Part shown: in pieces, positions 1 to 13,757 of the stretch
How positions within the stretch are numbered: the stretch's first letter is position 1
Layout: each line of letters starts with the position of its first letter
Source: Tubiluchus corallicola
Taxonomy: Eukaryota > Animalia > Priapulida
DNA: 64,000 nt
NCBI GenBank assembly: GCA_030141605.1
Contig: JAQGDQ010000513.1
Coordinates: 62,001 to 126,000, forward strand
Reading direction: 5' to 3'
Position numbers and translations under genes: made by a program
The notes under the pieces: generated by a model
Databases searched by the model: none
Told to the model about the DNA's origin: nothing
Seen by the model: the letters and a program-made list of their open reading frames with translations, nothing else

Positions 1-930
1 TGTGTTACAACATCTCTGTAGGTATAAAATAATAAGATTTGCATGTTGTGTTACAACATCTCTGTAGATATGAAATAATAAGATTTGCATGTTGTGTTAC
101 AACATCTCTGTAGATATAAAATAATAAGATTTGCATGTTGTGTTACAACATCTCTGTAGATATAAAATAATAAGATTTGCATGTTGTGTTACAACATCTC
201 TGTAGGTATAAAATAATAAGATTTGCATGTTGTGTTACAACATCTCTGTAGATATAAAATAATAAGATTTGCATGTTGTGTTACAACATCTCTGTAGATA
301 TAAAATAATAAGATTTGCATGTTGTGTTACAACATCTCTGTAGATATAAAATAATATGATTTGCATGTTGTGTTACAACATCTCTGTAGATATGAAATAA
401 TAAGATTTGCATGTTGTGTTACAACATCTCTGTAGATATGAAATAATAAGATTTGCATGTTGTGTTACAACATCTCTGTAGGTATAAAATAATAAGATTT
501 GCATGTTGTGTTACAACATCTCTGTAGATATAAAATAATAAGATTTGCATGTTGTGTTACAACATCTCTGTAGATATAAAATAATAAGATTTGCATGTTG
601 TGTTACAACATCTCTGTAGCTATAAAATAATAAGATTTGCATGTTGTGTTACAACATCTCTGTAGATATAAAATAATAAGATTTGCATGTTGTGTTACAA
701 CATCTCTGTAGATATAAAATAATAAGATTTGCATGTTGTGTTACAACATCTCTGTAGATATAAAATAATAAGATTTGCATGTTGTGTTACAACATCTCTG
801 TAGATATAAAATAATAAGATTTGCATGTTGTGTTACAACATCTCTGTAGATATGAAATAATAAGATTTGCATGTTGTGTTACAACATCTCTGTAGATATA
901 AAATAATAAGATTTGCATGTTGTGTTACAA
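1..930. repeat. 46-bp minisatellite, about 20 copies (runs off window start)
   Basis: Unit tgtgttacaacatctctgtagatataaaataataagatttgcatgt, near-identical head-to-tail with no spacers. Confidence 0.97.
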
Positions 931-1539
931 GTAAATGATTTTCAAACTGCTTAGACTTTACTTACATCTTGTCGCTTGACTTCAAATGGTACTTTTCGTA
1001 TGTAAGCTAATAATTAAGGTCCTAATTAGAGACTTTATTAAACAAACCAGTTATGCATCGAGCAATTAACAGCGTTTTTTACGAATCTCCTGAAGTATAA
1101 GCGGAATATTTGACTAGATTAGACCGTGAGTTGCCGTAAAATCATTAAAGTGTGTAGAAGCGTGTTACATGTATGTATGTAAGGTTATCAGGACATTGTG
1201 TTTGGTGCAACGTAGTTGTTGTTACTGAGCCTGCTGTTTGTTTACGCTAAACCCAATGCCATGTATCTGGGACTAGGTTGTTGGTTATATTATTTTTTCT
1301 GTGGTGTAATTGCGAAATGCGCAGTTTCGTTTAACTAGCTCTGCTAGGGGTGTAACACTTCTAATTTGATCAATGTTAAAAGCATACATTAACCTAATTC
1401 AGCACAGTTTACTTAACTGGGCCTTGATGGAGTGGATTGGAAACAGTACAGCGCTTCACTGAGTCTTTCAGCTGCTTTTTAATCATGGAGAGGCGAAACA
1501 AAAAAAAATGGGGCGGAAAATGTTTTTATCGTATGTTCG

Positions 1540-2116
1540 TTAAACGAAAGTAGGTTGATTTTCCATATCCTGCAGTCTCATTTTGAGGTATACATTTTAA
1601 CACCTATAACAGTGCCAAAACGTCTCTGATAGCTAAATAATACTTTAAAAACTTATGGCGAGCCCAACTAGTGATGGCGTCACAATTGAACCTAATTTTC
1701 AACAGCACAAATATTCCGTGAGCGTGTTATAATACAGTGTTACTGTACAGCATTCGGTGTGATATGCAAAAACTCGGCAAATTTTAAGGGTAAGATTCAA
1801 ATCTCATTTAAAATTTTCCGCTGTGCTCACGCGTGAGCTGTCGAACGTGTTTACCACGTCACAACTGAGCACCTGTGAACTGAGAGAAGTACAGCGTCTG
1901 TTTCTGAGATGCATGTGTTAGTGCCGTCTAGCTAGCGAATGACGAAATGTATGTAACAGCTAGGAACTAGCCACGCGAACACAAAATTACCATTCTTTGG
2001 TAAAATAATTCTTTCATGCACGCTATTTTTAAAATGTAGTACAGTATATTCCCTTTCAACATTTAGGGTAGATTGTTTTGAGCTGTAAAAGAACATTGGG
2101 TCCTTTTTTCCTTCAA
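1540..2116 (+). mobile_element. Family A TTAA-flanked non-autonomous DNA transposon (Kolobok-like), diverged copy
   Basis: Shares core ccgctgtgctcacgc-tgagctgtcgaacgtgt and aattttcaacagcacaaatattcc with the copies at 42435, 49629, 58549 and 61481. Confidence 0.75.
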
Positions 2117-5100
2117 AGAAATTGTTTCGATTATTGTACAGTGTAGCTTCTCGAATGATCACTGTTAAGTTATTTTCTGGGCGTTCACGATTCTCTTCCC
2201 AGAATTTCCCGAATCTAATTAGCCGATCCCGGAACTTTATGACCTTTCAGTTTATTTGTTTACGAGGTTCTGTACTGTACATTCCTGGTTTTTTTAATTT
2301 GTTTGTTTAGATTGCCTGATCGTGATAGCCTTCGGTTCTTTGTACTTCAAAATTCTGTATGTATGTTGTATAGATTTTATTCAGTCTGAAATTTGTTCAG
2401 TTATCTTACTAAGTTCGCATTAGTTTGCAGTTTAAGTATCTATGCCGATGCTTTTTGTCGGAATTTCCTGTCGTGTTTTGCGTTTTTCTGCGCATGTCTG
2501 TGTACCGACCTTGCCAACGCTGTACCATGGGTAACGCTGTTTGCGCTGTAATTGCTCCGTCAACATGAGTGAGAGCATTGAAAAGCTTTGCCCTGAAAAT
2601 ACAGCCCGCTAGCGTTTCTTGGGAGGTGCAGTAGAATGTAGAACTAGAAACATATTTCTCTTACAAATTAAATTACAAAGATTGAATTGTTGATCGTATA
2701 ATTGTGAGCTCGTTTATATTAAAATCGAAGTTTTGTCTATGTTGATCGCATATTTGAATTTCAGATTGTAATCACGTTCAAATTGACATAGTAATAATTA
2801 TCTTCTCAGAATTAATTTATATTTAATCCCTTAAAATTGTATATATTTCAGATATACAAAATAGACAATTAGGGGTAGCTATACTTCATTTCAAGTGGCT
2901 TCTTTTGTCTGATTGCCTATGATGCACTAGTCTTTGTTACTCTTGTGAAGCAGAATTGTTTTTGATGCTGAAGTCAGGACTCGGTGTGCTCAACATGAGT
3001 AGAAGCTAATTTGAATCTGTAGCTAATGATAAGAAGCCTTACTCTTAAAACCCTCGACTGCGTGCTTAATCTGAATCCGCTTCCCGACCTCTTGTCTTTA
3101 CGGACGAAAGCAGCAGGTTCAACGTCCTCAGAACGTACTCGGTAAAATCGTGTGTTCGTTAATCGTAATTCTTGATTGCAGAGTTCGCCTGGATGTTGTG
3201 TTGAGAGATAGACGCCCTCGTTCCTAGTAGGTGTGCTCGCAAAATGACGTAATGCCCGTAAAGTATAGCACATATTTTCACAGCAACATTTCTTCTATAA
3301 CCTCTCTGATTCTTTCAACTTCCTTATTATGTGCAATAGCTAGTCATTATTATTGTTGCTATAATAATTATTATTATTATGAAAAAATTCGTCTGTATAT
3401 GCAAATAAATCAGGAACTTCGAAACAGTTCAGGTTGGCAAATATGTCCAATCTAATAAGATGTCACGCATATGGTAGAGAGCAATGTTTGACAAACGGTC
3501 ACAGTGCATAAAAAAATTACTAGGAAACAAGATTTCTAAAATTTCGTCAGAAATGAAAAGATATTTATCAGGACTACATTTCAATTACACGATCACATTT
3601 TTCTTGTGGCGGATTAACCAAATGGGTTTCCTCTCTAACTCATAAAAATACGTTGACATTTCTGTGCAAAGATTAGAATTCTACACGATCCAGTGACGTT
3701 ACAATGAGTGTTAATAAATTAAACCGTAAAATTCCGACGGGATTATCCTTTCAAAATAACCAAAGATTTTTTATGTAACAAATTTTCTGACGATCAATTT
3801 TGAATCAGCACTAGAATATATAGACTATAAATGGTTTTTTTTTGAAGATTTTGCTGTTCCCTTGCTTTGCATACATGTTATTCCAAATGATTTAGATGCA
3901 ACTTCCCTAAGGATTTTTGTAGCGCATAAATTTTGAGTTTATGGTCAGCCTGTGGTGTTTTCTTGCCAATTTCTCTTTTATACATATCGCCCCTAACAAG
4001 GCCACAGAGACTGCTCAGTATAAGGAAGAAGGTGGCTACAGCTGATGAAATTGTTAAATTGTAAAATTGTCAAACACGTAATGTATAAGCGGCCCGAGGG
4101 TCAAAGTGGATTTATGTAGCGTTTCTGTTTCTAAGTTGACTCGAAATATGGAAGACGGAAGGCGAGTAGTCTGAGCAAACTGTCAGCGTTCGGGAACCAA
4201 TGACTGGAAACGCCCCCCCCCCCCCCATAAAAATGACGATAAAGGAGTCTTAATAAGGTATATAACGATATGTAGACTTTTAACGAGCGAGAGATTGCAT
4301 GTAAGGTTAATGCCAAATTAGACCTATTTGAAAAGTTTTTCCGCCGTAGCTAGTGAGCGGTGAGTGAGTGATTCCGCCTATACAGCATTTGTAGGACAGT
4401 GCAACTCATAAAATAGGCCTAGAAATATCTGAATACCTGGAACTAAAGTTGGTCACGTAATCACATAGTGTGTAATTAAGCATTGGGTCGACCTGCTATT
4501 CTTCATTGCAATGGAAGTGTAACACGAGGAAGCAAGCTAGCGTATATTGAACTAGGCTGAACACCTGTAGCGCTACTATGCGTAACAGATATGATTGTGT
4601 TGCAAACTTGCTACGTGCGAGAATCACTACATAATAATGCAAAGAGTAGTTTCCTAGTTCGAACATTCATTGATCCATTTTCGATCGAGTTAGTTGTTTC
4701 TAGGGAGCATGCCTTGTTGATTCCTACACCGCCATTTCTCGATACGCCCAACTTACGGCGCCTTATTTGTGTTGAAGACAGTTTTATAAATTCTCGTGTA
4801 CTGTTAAATGGTGTAGTTCTCACCCTGTATAATCTATGATAGAGGCAACTGAATATTTTATTAATAAATATTGGCCTTGACACTATGCTGCAGTTCTGTA
4901 CGACTATGATCGATTCATACAGCAAGCTGCCGTATCGAGTTTCCTCTGTAATTCTCCCATGCGTACTGTAGCGCCAGTATTCGAGAATTTCAAATTTATT
5001 ATTAATTTGTGGCAAACATAATGTTGAGTTGTTGAGAGGGAAACGGGAGAGAGACTTACGGCCTAGTAGGTCCATAGTAGTAGGTCTTAGTAATAACTAG

Positions 5101-5123
5101 GGGGGATCTATGTAGGAAAGCTA

Positions 5124-5368
5124 GACGGTTTAGTCTAGTGCGTCTGCTTTCCGTCTGGGAGGTCGTGAGTTCGAACCAGCGGCCGGTTCATACCAAAGAC
5201 TTTAAAAATAGTGCCTGCTGTTGCCCTGCCTGACGCGTGGTATTTAGGGTAAAAGTGGGGTAATAATAGTCTCTGTTATGTAGTTGTAGGTTGTTATTTA
5301 CAGTCGGCGATAATAGCTCTTTGAGCTAATGTTAATTGTTGACCCAAAGCCGACTTTAAATAAAAGAA

Positions 5369-5458
<90 letters not shown>
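5124..5458 (+). mobile_element. tRNA-derived SINE with central conserved domain (Meta-SINE-like) and (TTA)n tail
   Basis: A-box-like cggtttagtctagtg, B box gagttcgaacc (5167), core cataccaaagactttaaaaat...ccctgcct, then AATAAA and about 30 TTA repeats. Second copy at 9947-10172. The domain name is from memory. Confidence 0.75.
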
Positions 5459-5459
<1 letters not shown>

Positions 5460-6136
5460 GCGTCGAAGTTACGGATTACGTGTTGTTGTTTTTTTGTTGC
5501 TTTTGCCGATGTGTGCAATTAATCTCGAAATAGGTTTCAGCGCTGCTCCGTGGTGAATTTGATTTAAACAGATTTTACGGAATAGGACCGTCAACTGCCT
5601 TCCTCATGGTGTTGTGCTGAAGTTAAAATAATTTTTGTGTTGTACCGCTTTGTACCGTTTGAACCGAAGGCCAATTTTTATCAAATTTTGTTTAACTTAG
5701 CAGTTGCAGAAAACTTGCATGGTGCCATTTAAGCGTCAGTTGAATGGGATAATTATGAAGGTCAAAAGTTATTTAATGAACGTGCATTCTAAAAATGCAT
5801 AGAAACGAAAAATTTTAGTGCCACAGTTCAGTTAGAGATTAGTCTATTATTAGAGATTTATTATCTAAGTGGCGTCTTTTAGAATACAAATGCACTGTTA
5901 ATAAACAACAGCATTATAAATTACCTAAGATCAGGGTGATTAAGTCAGTTATATCACTGCGATATGCCAACTGCCCGAATATAGGTGAAAATGTCACAGG
6001 AAAGATGGCACGGTAAAAATGACACAGGAAAAATGGCACAGATGGAAAAGTAGGTAAAAATGGCGCAGGAAAAATGGCACACTTAGTAATGCTGCTTAGG
6101 GTTACGGTCATAGTGGAGAATAATCATTTTAGTTAT

Positions 6137-6905
6137 TTTTATTTCTGCCAAGGAAGTTATGCTTCAACGCAGTTTGTTTGTTTAGTTGTTTTTTCGACAG
6201 TTATCAATGGCAGTAAGCCTATTAAGCAAAAACTATCCAAAAAACCAAGTGGTCCACAATTTTCCAGTGGATGGGTAATAATTGGTGAAATAAACCGTAG
6301 CGGTTGATAAAAGTTCTGGCAATCACAGTCATGATTAATTAATGATTTCCAAGAAACTTTGTGAAGAAAGGTGGGCATAGAGTGCCAAAAAGGGAAATTT
6401 TTCGTCTGCTCTCTTTTTTTTGCAAAACTTGACCAAACATCAAGTACAAAAAACGTTCACGAAGCACTTCATGGTCTCAGAGGGAGTGTTTAATACTTTA
6501 TTATCTCCAACCAGGACGCACAACTACGAGTTGGGCCCAGATTCCATTTCGAGAAAATCTCGCATGTAAAACTGTGTAACGCTGTCTATAACCTTCGCTT
6601 GAATATGCATATCCGTATAAGGTGACTTGGTACATATATATTTGTGAGTCTATTAACACTGCCAAAATTAATATAGAAAAAGGCAGATAAATGCTATGCG
6701 GAACATTTGTGCATTATTGATTATAAATCCATTTAATGAACAAATATTTTATGTGTCTTTTGCTTGTCTATATACTATCAATATTTTTGTATGTTTGCTT
6801 GTTTATCTTTGTGTTACATTTTTTGAATCAAAAGAATCAGGCAAATAAGTTTAGGATTGTTCGACTTTGGCAGAATCTGCTTCCTACTGAGCGCATTATA
6901 ATTTT
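6137..6905 (+). mobile_element. Helentron-associated (HINE/DINE-1-like) non-autonomous element
   Basis: 5' tttatttctgccaaggaagttatg followed by (gttt)n. 3' subterminal inverted ctttggcag, then stem-loop-like tgcttcctactgagcgca and a T-rich end. Inserted between inverted (aaaaatggcacagg)n arrays at about 5985-6085 and 6935-6990. Confidence 0.55.
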
Positions 6906-8994
6906 ATCATAGAAATGAATTGTATAAAAAACATTTTTTCCTGTGCCATTTTTACCTCTTTTTCTATTTGTGTCATTTTTTCCTGTGCCTAAACCTGTTG
7001 CTTATTGAATATCGTACTTTTTCTGGCAGCATAAGAACGCTATCCTTCTTTTAAACAAGCCGTCTTTTCTTCAATGAGTTATGTGACTCTCCATGTGTGC
7101 GTGGTAGATGATATGATATGATTCTGATGCGTGATATGAACTATAAAAGCTTGAGATATAGTTAGACATTTTCTTTACTTTCCATTCCAAGCGAATTGGT
7201 CAAAGTAAATTCTTCAGAAAACTTGAAATATAGTAATTATGGACCTAAGTTATTCGTGTAGCTTTAATACCTTTACGCTGGTTTGGTGGTGTTTGTATTG
7301 TCGTTAAAGGCTTAAAGCTTGCGGTGGAAAAATTAGCCCATTTTAAATATCACCAACAGCCTAAAGTCCCTGTGAATATGAAAATCTGTCAACACTGTGA
7401 CAGCCAACAAGTACAAGTCGATATTCATTTTTTTGTTTTATTGCTTCTTCTGCAACCGCTTTAGACAAACTTTCCATTCTGATATAACAAGCATCGATAG
7501 CAATTTTATTAACTTGAACAATGAAAAGCTAAAATTCACAACGTGGGGTAACAACTGCCATATAACCAAAATAGTCGCCTATTACATTTTTAACTGTTTT
7601 AAAAAGGAAGTAAATAGTACTAGCATGTAAATATTGATAACATTATTTATTATTTTTTCATGATAGACTAACTGTATATATACTAAAATTATATATATTT
7701 GTTATTTGTTACGTGTGTTTTTGGCTACTATAACTATAATGTAATAGCTCTTTTGTACTTTTGTATTTTGTTGTTGATTTGCTGTATGTATGTGATTGTA
7801 ATGTAATGCATAGGCCACTAATAAAATCTTAATTCTATCACATTATATGCATTTTAATAACACACCAAGCTAGATAACTACAGTGACATTTCTCAGTCGT
7901 ACACGGTCACCGTATTCATAATTAATTTTTAATGTGTGAGGCGATGATGGTCACGGTAAGAGAGACTGCATTTTTGGCAAGGATATCTCAATGAAAACGC
8001 GGCACTTTGTTCAATAAACCTCGTGCCTCAAGTAACCATTAGAAAATTCCTTGGCCTGATACAGAACTGATCTCGATTCTCAATGACACGATTTCGTCTG
8101 TAAATAAGCGTCCTCCGTGTGTTGTGGAGAGAGAATGGGTACAGAGACTGTACGTATTCTACTCTGTGGCGACAGTTGTTTTTCTTTTCGGCTTAATAAG
8201 CGAATAATAAGCGTTTAGAGTTTACAATCATTACGCTCTTGTGAGCCAAAAACCCAGATATTGCAGGCAGCAGCGCATTGAATTAACGACGAACAAAGAT
8301 TCGACGGTGGCTGTCTTATAAACCCAGTGCCCCATATAATACAGCGTTAATGAAGCTGCGAATCTCTCACTTTCACTTAACTCTCACTTTTTGAACTGTA
8401 ATATAAGGCCGTCTTTCATTGCGCATGCGCTTTGTCCTAACCTAACAAGTGGGTGAAATGTTCACTATGACGAGCCGATTCACGGTTACCCCACATTTGC
8501 GTCCTTTCGAGCAAAGTTACCTTCTTACTTAGTATAAAATAGATTTACGTAATGCTGTTTTGACTGTAGATTCTGCATCAGATAAAAGGCAACACAGTAA
8601 TTTGCCTGATCAGTCACATTATTGCAGGTTCACACAACCTATTCAGTTTGTGACCACAGAACATCTTCTAGCGTGAAAAACTAAACAGCTATACTTAAAA
8701 ACGTATATGCTGCAATACATGCATACAATATACAAGTCTGGTACTCCACTGAATACAGCGAATGCAATAATCTCTGCAAAGAACCACGTGTGCATTCCCA
8801 CTTACTGCGTTTCGACACAGTGCAACCGGAATCAAGTTTTCACTGACAGGGCCTACTCAACACATATACTTGTGGCGAGACCGGAGCCTGGGTTATTGTC
8901 AAGGATTGTCAAATTTAAAATGTCAGATCAGCAATGCCTTTTACGAGGTTAGCAGCCAAAATCAGCGGGCAAATGGAACTTCCCATAGCAAATA

Positions 8995-9658
8995 TTAAAG
9001 CACAAGAAAACACTCCACTGACATAAAGCTTAAAAAATTCGTCTTGAAATGTCATTCCGCTTACATACTACTACCTTTTTGCACACAGGGCTCCATCAGC
9101 GGTAAAGCTGTATAAAACTTGTAAATTTAAACTCCCGCTATGGCGCAGCCATTTTGCTCGTAGTTCGTGTGAACAAGTTTAGATAACACCGAGTAAAGTT
9201 TGAAAATATAATCAGAGCATTCGTGACATACATGTTGCTAACTAAGTAAAATTTTAAATTACTGTATCTTATCAATAAGATTAAAAATACGTTTTTGGCT
9301 AGTGAGTGGCGCACCCTGGAGGTGAGTCAGCGACATTTTACCAATTGGCACAAACGTTTTAAATTATTAGTCTAGTTACATAAGTTTTTCCAACAGGTAA
9401 GCGGAATGCTAAGTAACATAGATTTGCACGGGAAGTTTTTGGGACAATTTAACATTTCCTTTTCCCCTGATTTACGTTGTGCACTGACGTCATGTAATGG
9501 CGACTTCGGAACAGTATTGCAGGAGATTTAAAATGAAGACAAACAGAAGTTCCTTACAACGCGAGAACGATATACGCATAAAATTACTGTTAAGTAGTAT
9601 AATTTTTTAAGGCGATTTTTCTGAAACCTACTTCACGTACCCCTTTTCTTGTCCTTCA
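8995..9658 (-). mobile_element. Family B TTAA-flanked non-autonomous DNA transposon (Kolobok-like)
   Basis: Termini ttaaagcacaagaaaa and ttttcttgtcctt form a roughly 16-bp TIR. Internal match to 55045, 59846 and 63290. Confidence 0.8.
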
Positions 9659-9946
9659 GATATTTTCGCCCGCTACCACTACCATTTCGTTTAAAATTTA
9701 TAAAGCAGTTGTGACTAACTGCTATCTTCCAGCACATTAAATTTCGTTTAAAATTTATAAAGCAGTTGTGACTAACTGCTATCTTCCAGTACTTAGGTGC
9801 CATATAATCAAATACTCTTTTTAGCAAATAGCTCGCACGGCTAAATTAAGCTTTGCGCAACTACAATTAGCATATTGCCAATGTAAATTGTGCGTTGGTC
9901 ATTGTACATTTTTATAATGAGGAATAGTGCCGTGTGGCTAAACGCA

Positions 9947-10172
9947 TAATAATATTTATTTAAAATCAGCTTCTCGATAAACAATTAACTTTAGCTCAAA
10001 GAGCTATTATCGCCGACTGTAAAAAACAACATACAACTACATATTACCCCACTGTTATTACCCCACATTTACCCTAAGTACCATTCGCTAGGCAGGGCAA
10101 CAACATTTTTTAAAGTCTTTGGTATGGCCCAGACCGAAAGCGGACGCGTTACCACTATGCTAAACCGTCACC
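9947..10172 (-). mobile_element. Second copy of the tRNA-derived SINE (B-box region deleted)
   Basis: Reverse complement of 5124-5370 (ttagctcaaagagctattatcgccgactgt; tttaaagtctttggtatg; ctaaaccgtc). Confidence 0.8.
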
Positions 10173-10522
10173 GCATGCACAGTGCCCACTGCCCAGTCAC
10201 TAATACGACCTCACAATCGTTCAGACGAGGTAATTATCGTGACTCTCATTTACCTAGTAGCACCTCTAAACATTTATTACCGGCATACTTCACTTTGCTC
10301 AGCTATTTTTGATACATACGATCTGACATGTATTACACAGATATATGTGATCTTTTTCCGCTGTAGCATACGGGTGCAAACTGAGTATACGCAGACTGAA
10401 TACATAATTATTTTTACGTTCATCAATTCCAGTTTTGAATTGTGTGATTCGAAGGGTTTTGTTGATAAAAATTTGAGATGAAATTTCCCTTCTATTACGT
10501 CCATGTTTATTTTCGCAATTAT

Positions 10523-11527
10523 TAGGGGTGTTCGATGTTCGGGTCGGCACGAAATTTTCGGAATCGGTGTTCCCGCCCCCGAATCATGGATACAGTTATC
10601 CCTAAATGAAGATAAAAAAATTACAGCGAAATTTCGCAATTTTAAAGTAAAACCGGACAATCTTAAACTGTCGGCAACACAATCTACTCTTTATTTCCTG
10701 AAACGCTTTTGCAGTATTAATTGCGTTAAAATATATACGTGTTATTTGACTTGAAAATGGGGTGGTATATAAAAAATCACCCTGTCTTCCTTTAACTTCA
10801 CCCTCGTTAATATTGATAACTGCGGAATGATTCACCCACCCCTACGTTCAAATGGTTTCGTCTGTACTATATGGTAACACGCTCCTACAGCACGTTTCAG
10901 ATAGTTCTTCTGTGTTTTTACATAATAATATTACAGTGTCCGTGTAATCAAATCTTGCACTGAGCCTGCATACTTCACTATGATAAGTAAACGTGATAAC
11001 AGCTCTTCATTTGCCATGAAGTTAAAGTAGTAAGGCGTACTGACTGACTAAGAAGCATTATCTGCTTTGGCGATGTTTAGATAGGGAAATGTGTACGAGT
11101 GCTGTGAGACACGAATAACATAATATTTTTCATAAATTCCCGTATTACTGGCAAATACACCCCACCAGAAGCATCACACTTACACTCTCTCTGTATGTAC
11201 TTCGAAAAAGAGAATTATGTATTTACTTTAATGATTTTACTATTTATATGTACTTACCTACTGTACTTACAAGACATTTAAAAAACTCGAGTAACAATCA
11301 CACGGGACGAATAGCTCGATAAATGGCCAATTCTACTCCATATGCCTCAAAAAGCTGAACTAAACATTGTCAAATATTGAAGATTTTGAAGCTCGGGACC
11401 GGGATCTGGATCGGAACGGGATGAGAAGTTCGTGACGGAACGATTGTTCGGGAACAGGGTTCGGGATTTGAAGAAAGTTTGGGGTTGGGGGTTGGGGTCA
11501 TAACGCCTCGTATTCCGAACACCCTTA
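10523..11527. mobile_element. hAT-like MITE with perfect 8-bp TSD
   Basis: TIRs taggggtgttcg and cgaacaccctta. TSD gcaattat at 10515-10522 and 11528-11535. Confidence 0.85.
10642..10795 (-). mobile_element. Internally deleted family A element nested in the hAT MITE
   Basis: Both family A ends are present (ttaaagtaaaaccgg...; caccctgtcttcctttaa) with TTAA on each side. Confidence 0.7.
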
Positions 11528-12237
11528 GCAATTATACTTCATTTTATTTGGTTACTGTTATTAAAACTACAGACGTTGCTGCGAGTGATTGTATCGATCA
11601 CCTATAACTACCTGAAGACGTCTTGCCGCTTGTACGGATGTTGTTCAATGTTTGTTCAGTGTTCATGTGGTTGTGACAAAAATAGTGATACTGTACTTAC
11701 GGGAGATGCAACGTGGTGTTCATATTAGTTAGAAACTGTGTGCCGTATCGCGTGTTGTGTTAGATCTAATGAAAATTTGCTGAAAACTGCCTGCAGCTTG
11801 TCGTGTTTGCTTGTTCTATCGTTTATGCATTTTGACTTATGCTGAATAAGCGGTGAAACATTGTCATCGCTACGCGAACCGCTGCTGTGTGAATGCGGTT
11901 CAACCATCGGTATACAAAATTTGGGTGGTAGAAAAAACGCTGCAAAAATATGTTATTCACTGTGTACTTCACAAGCGCTGTAAAGGGAATTAAGTCAAGA
12001 AGGAAGCGAAAGTTTGCCGCTTTTGGTAGAGTTTAACATGATAGATAGACAGAGTTGATTAGTCACACCTGCTCAAAGACAAGCAAGATTAAATTGGAGG
12101 TGGTAAGTTTAATCACCATCTGATGATTCTAATTGAATCAAATGTTTTATCGAATTAAGTTTGATGTTAGTTGTGATGCCCATTATTCTTTTACTAACTT
12201 TGCACTCAGCACTTGCACTGTGGAGATACCTGTATCA

Positions 12238-12375
12238 GACCCAGCCTGTTTTGTAAAGCCACTATAAATAAATAATTTATTGTTTCTGACCCAGTCTGTT
12301 TTGTAAATACACTTTGAATAAATAATTTATTGTTTCTGACCCAGTCTGTTTTGTAAATACACTTTGAATAAATAA
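12238..12375. repeat. About 50-bp tandem repeat, about 3 copies
   Basis: gacccagtctgttttgtaaatacactttgaataaataatttattgtttct repeated. Confidence 0.85.
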
Positions 12376-13269
12376 AGCTTAAAGTAATTACATGATTACG
12401 TACTGTTACCTGCGTTTCGGATATCTAAAAATGAGACATTTAAGTCATCTGTCGTCATTCGGTTATGTTTTAATGTTTGCCGCTCGTTCCAACGAAGGTA
12501 TGAAACAGGTTTCGTTCGCTTTATCTTAATTAGTGACTATCACCGATAGGTGCCGAAACAATGTAATCATTGCAGGACGCATGATTGCAATCAAAACTTC
12601 AATGCAGGTATGCCGTTCTTAAAAAAACTGCTGTGCACAACGGATTTCTTTCTTCTTGCAGTACTTCAACTCCAACGGGCTGCTGCTTTTTGTCTAATGT
12701 TAATTTGTGAAAAAAAGCCAGTTAAAGATGAAACATGTTCGCACAGATCGTATCATTCTTATTTCAAATCAAATCCGAGCTCCAAGTCACTAAAAAGATG
12801 TACTAGCATTGTAGAAAGAAATACCAATGTCAAAACAAGATGTTTCGATTAGCCATTGTCAATAGTACATATGTAAATGGAAGATACTATTTTTAAACTG
12901 TTTCGTTAAACCTAATAAGTTTAAATTTAATTTTTTTATACATTTTGGTTTTTTGTTTTTAAAATGTTTCTTAAAAGTTGTAGCACCACTTAACATTATT
13001 CGATACATAAAAACTGTATTTTTGATCTGTGAAGTATAAGGGACTGACAAACAAATAGTGTAGAACGTTATAGTTTAACCTCTGTTGCTCTGCTCTACAA
13101 ATAATATAATCTCAGCGTAAAGCAAAATGTATGTCAAATGATTTTTCAGTTGACATTTGCTTGGCCTCTTAATTTTCATTTGCTGGTCCTTTTTGGCAGT
13201 TCTCCTCGTTTTCTTAAGATGATTCTTTGACTAGTGGCTTTTGTCTGGCGGTTCTTTGACTTCTGGTCT

Positions 13270-13757
13270 TTGGCGGTGGGCCTTTAACAAGTAGTCTTTT
13301 GACGTACAACCATATTGGACCCGCCTATAATGTTCAACTAGTCTGGCCCGAAACGCTGTGGTTTGGTCTTGGACTAGATGTGTTAATCAAGAATCACATG
13401 CTCACATTTTTCTAGTGTACCTGTGTTTGTGGACCTTTGTCTGCGGTGGGCCTTTAACAGGTAGTCTTTTGACCTACAACCATACTGGACCCGCCTATAA
13501 TGTGCAACTAGTCTGGCCCGAAACGCTGTGGTTTGGTCTTGGACTAGATGTGTTAATCAAGAATCAGATGCTCACACTTTTCTAGTGTACCTGTGTCCTT
13601 GGACCTTTATTAGGTAGTCTTTTGACCTACAACCATATTGGACCAGCCTATAATGTGCAACTAGTCTGGCCCGAAACGCTGTGGTTTGGTCTTTTTGGAC
13701 TAGATGTGTTAATCAAGAATCACATGCTCACACTTTTCTAGTGTACCTGTGTTTGTT
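13270..13757. repeat. 150-170-bp tandem repeat, about 3 copies
   Basis: gtagtcttttgacctacaaccat...ggcccgaaacgctgtggtttggtc...ctagtgtacctgtgt recurs at about 13291, 13462 and 13613. Confidence 0.9.

Noticed and set aside
1-930. CRISPR-like regular repeats (also 16679, 22193, 40950, 43624)
   Set aside because: Units are contiguous with no unique spacers, there are no cas genes, and the context is a spliced animal gene.
2970-3250. Possible SPOP first exon (atgagtaga MSR.. at about 2995; MIRSLTLKT... ORF at 3026)
   Set aside because: MSR is followed by a stop after four codons. The longer ORF has no SPOP similarity, and its donor is phase 2, incompatible with the phase-0 acceptor at 13838.
4591-5075. 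154-aa and 82-aa ORFs
   Set aside because: No recognisable motifs, intronic position, non-protein-like composition.
5124-5190. tRNA gene
   Set aside because: B box present but no full cloverleaf. It continues into a SINE body and tail.
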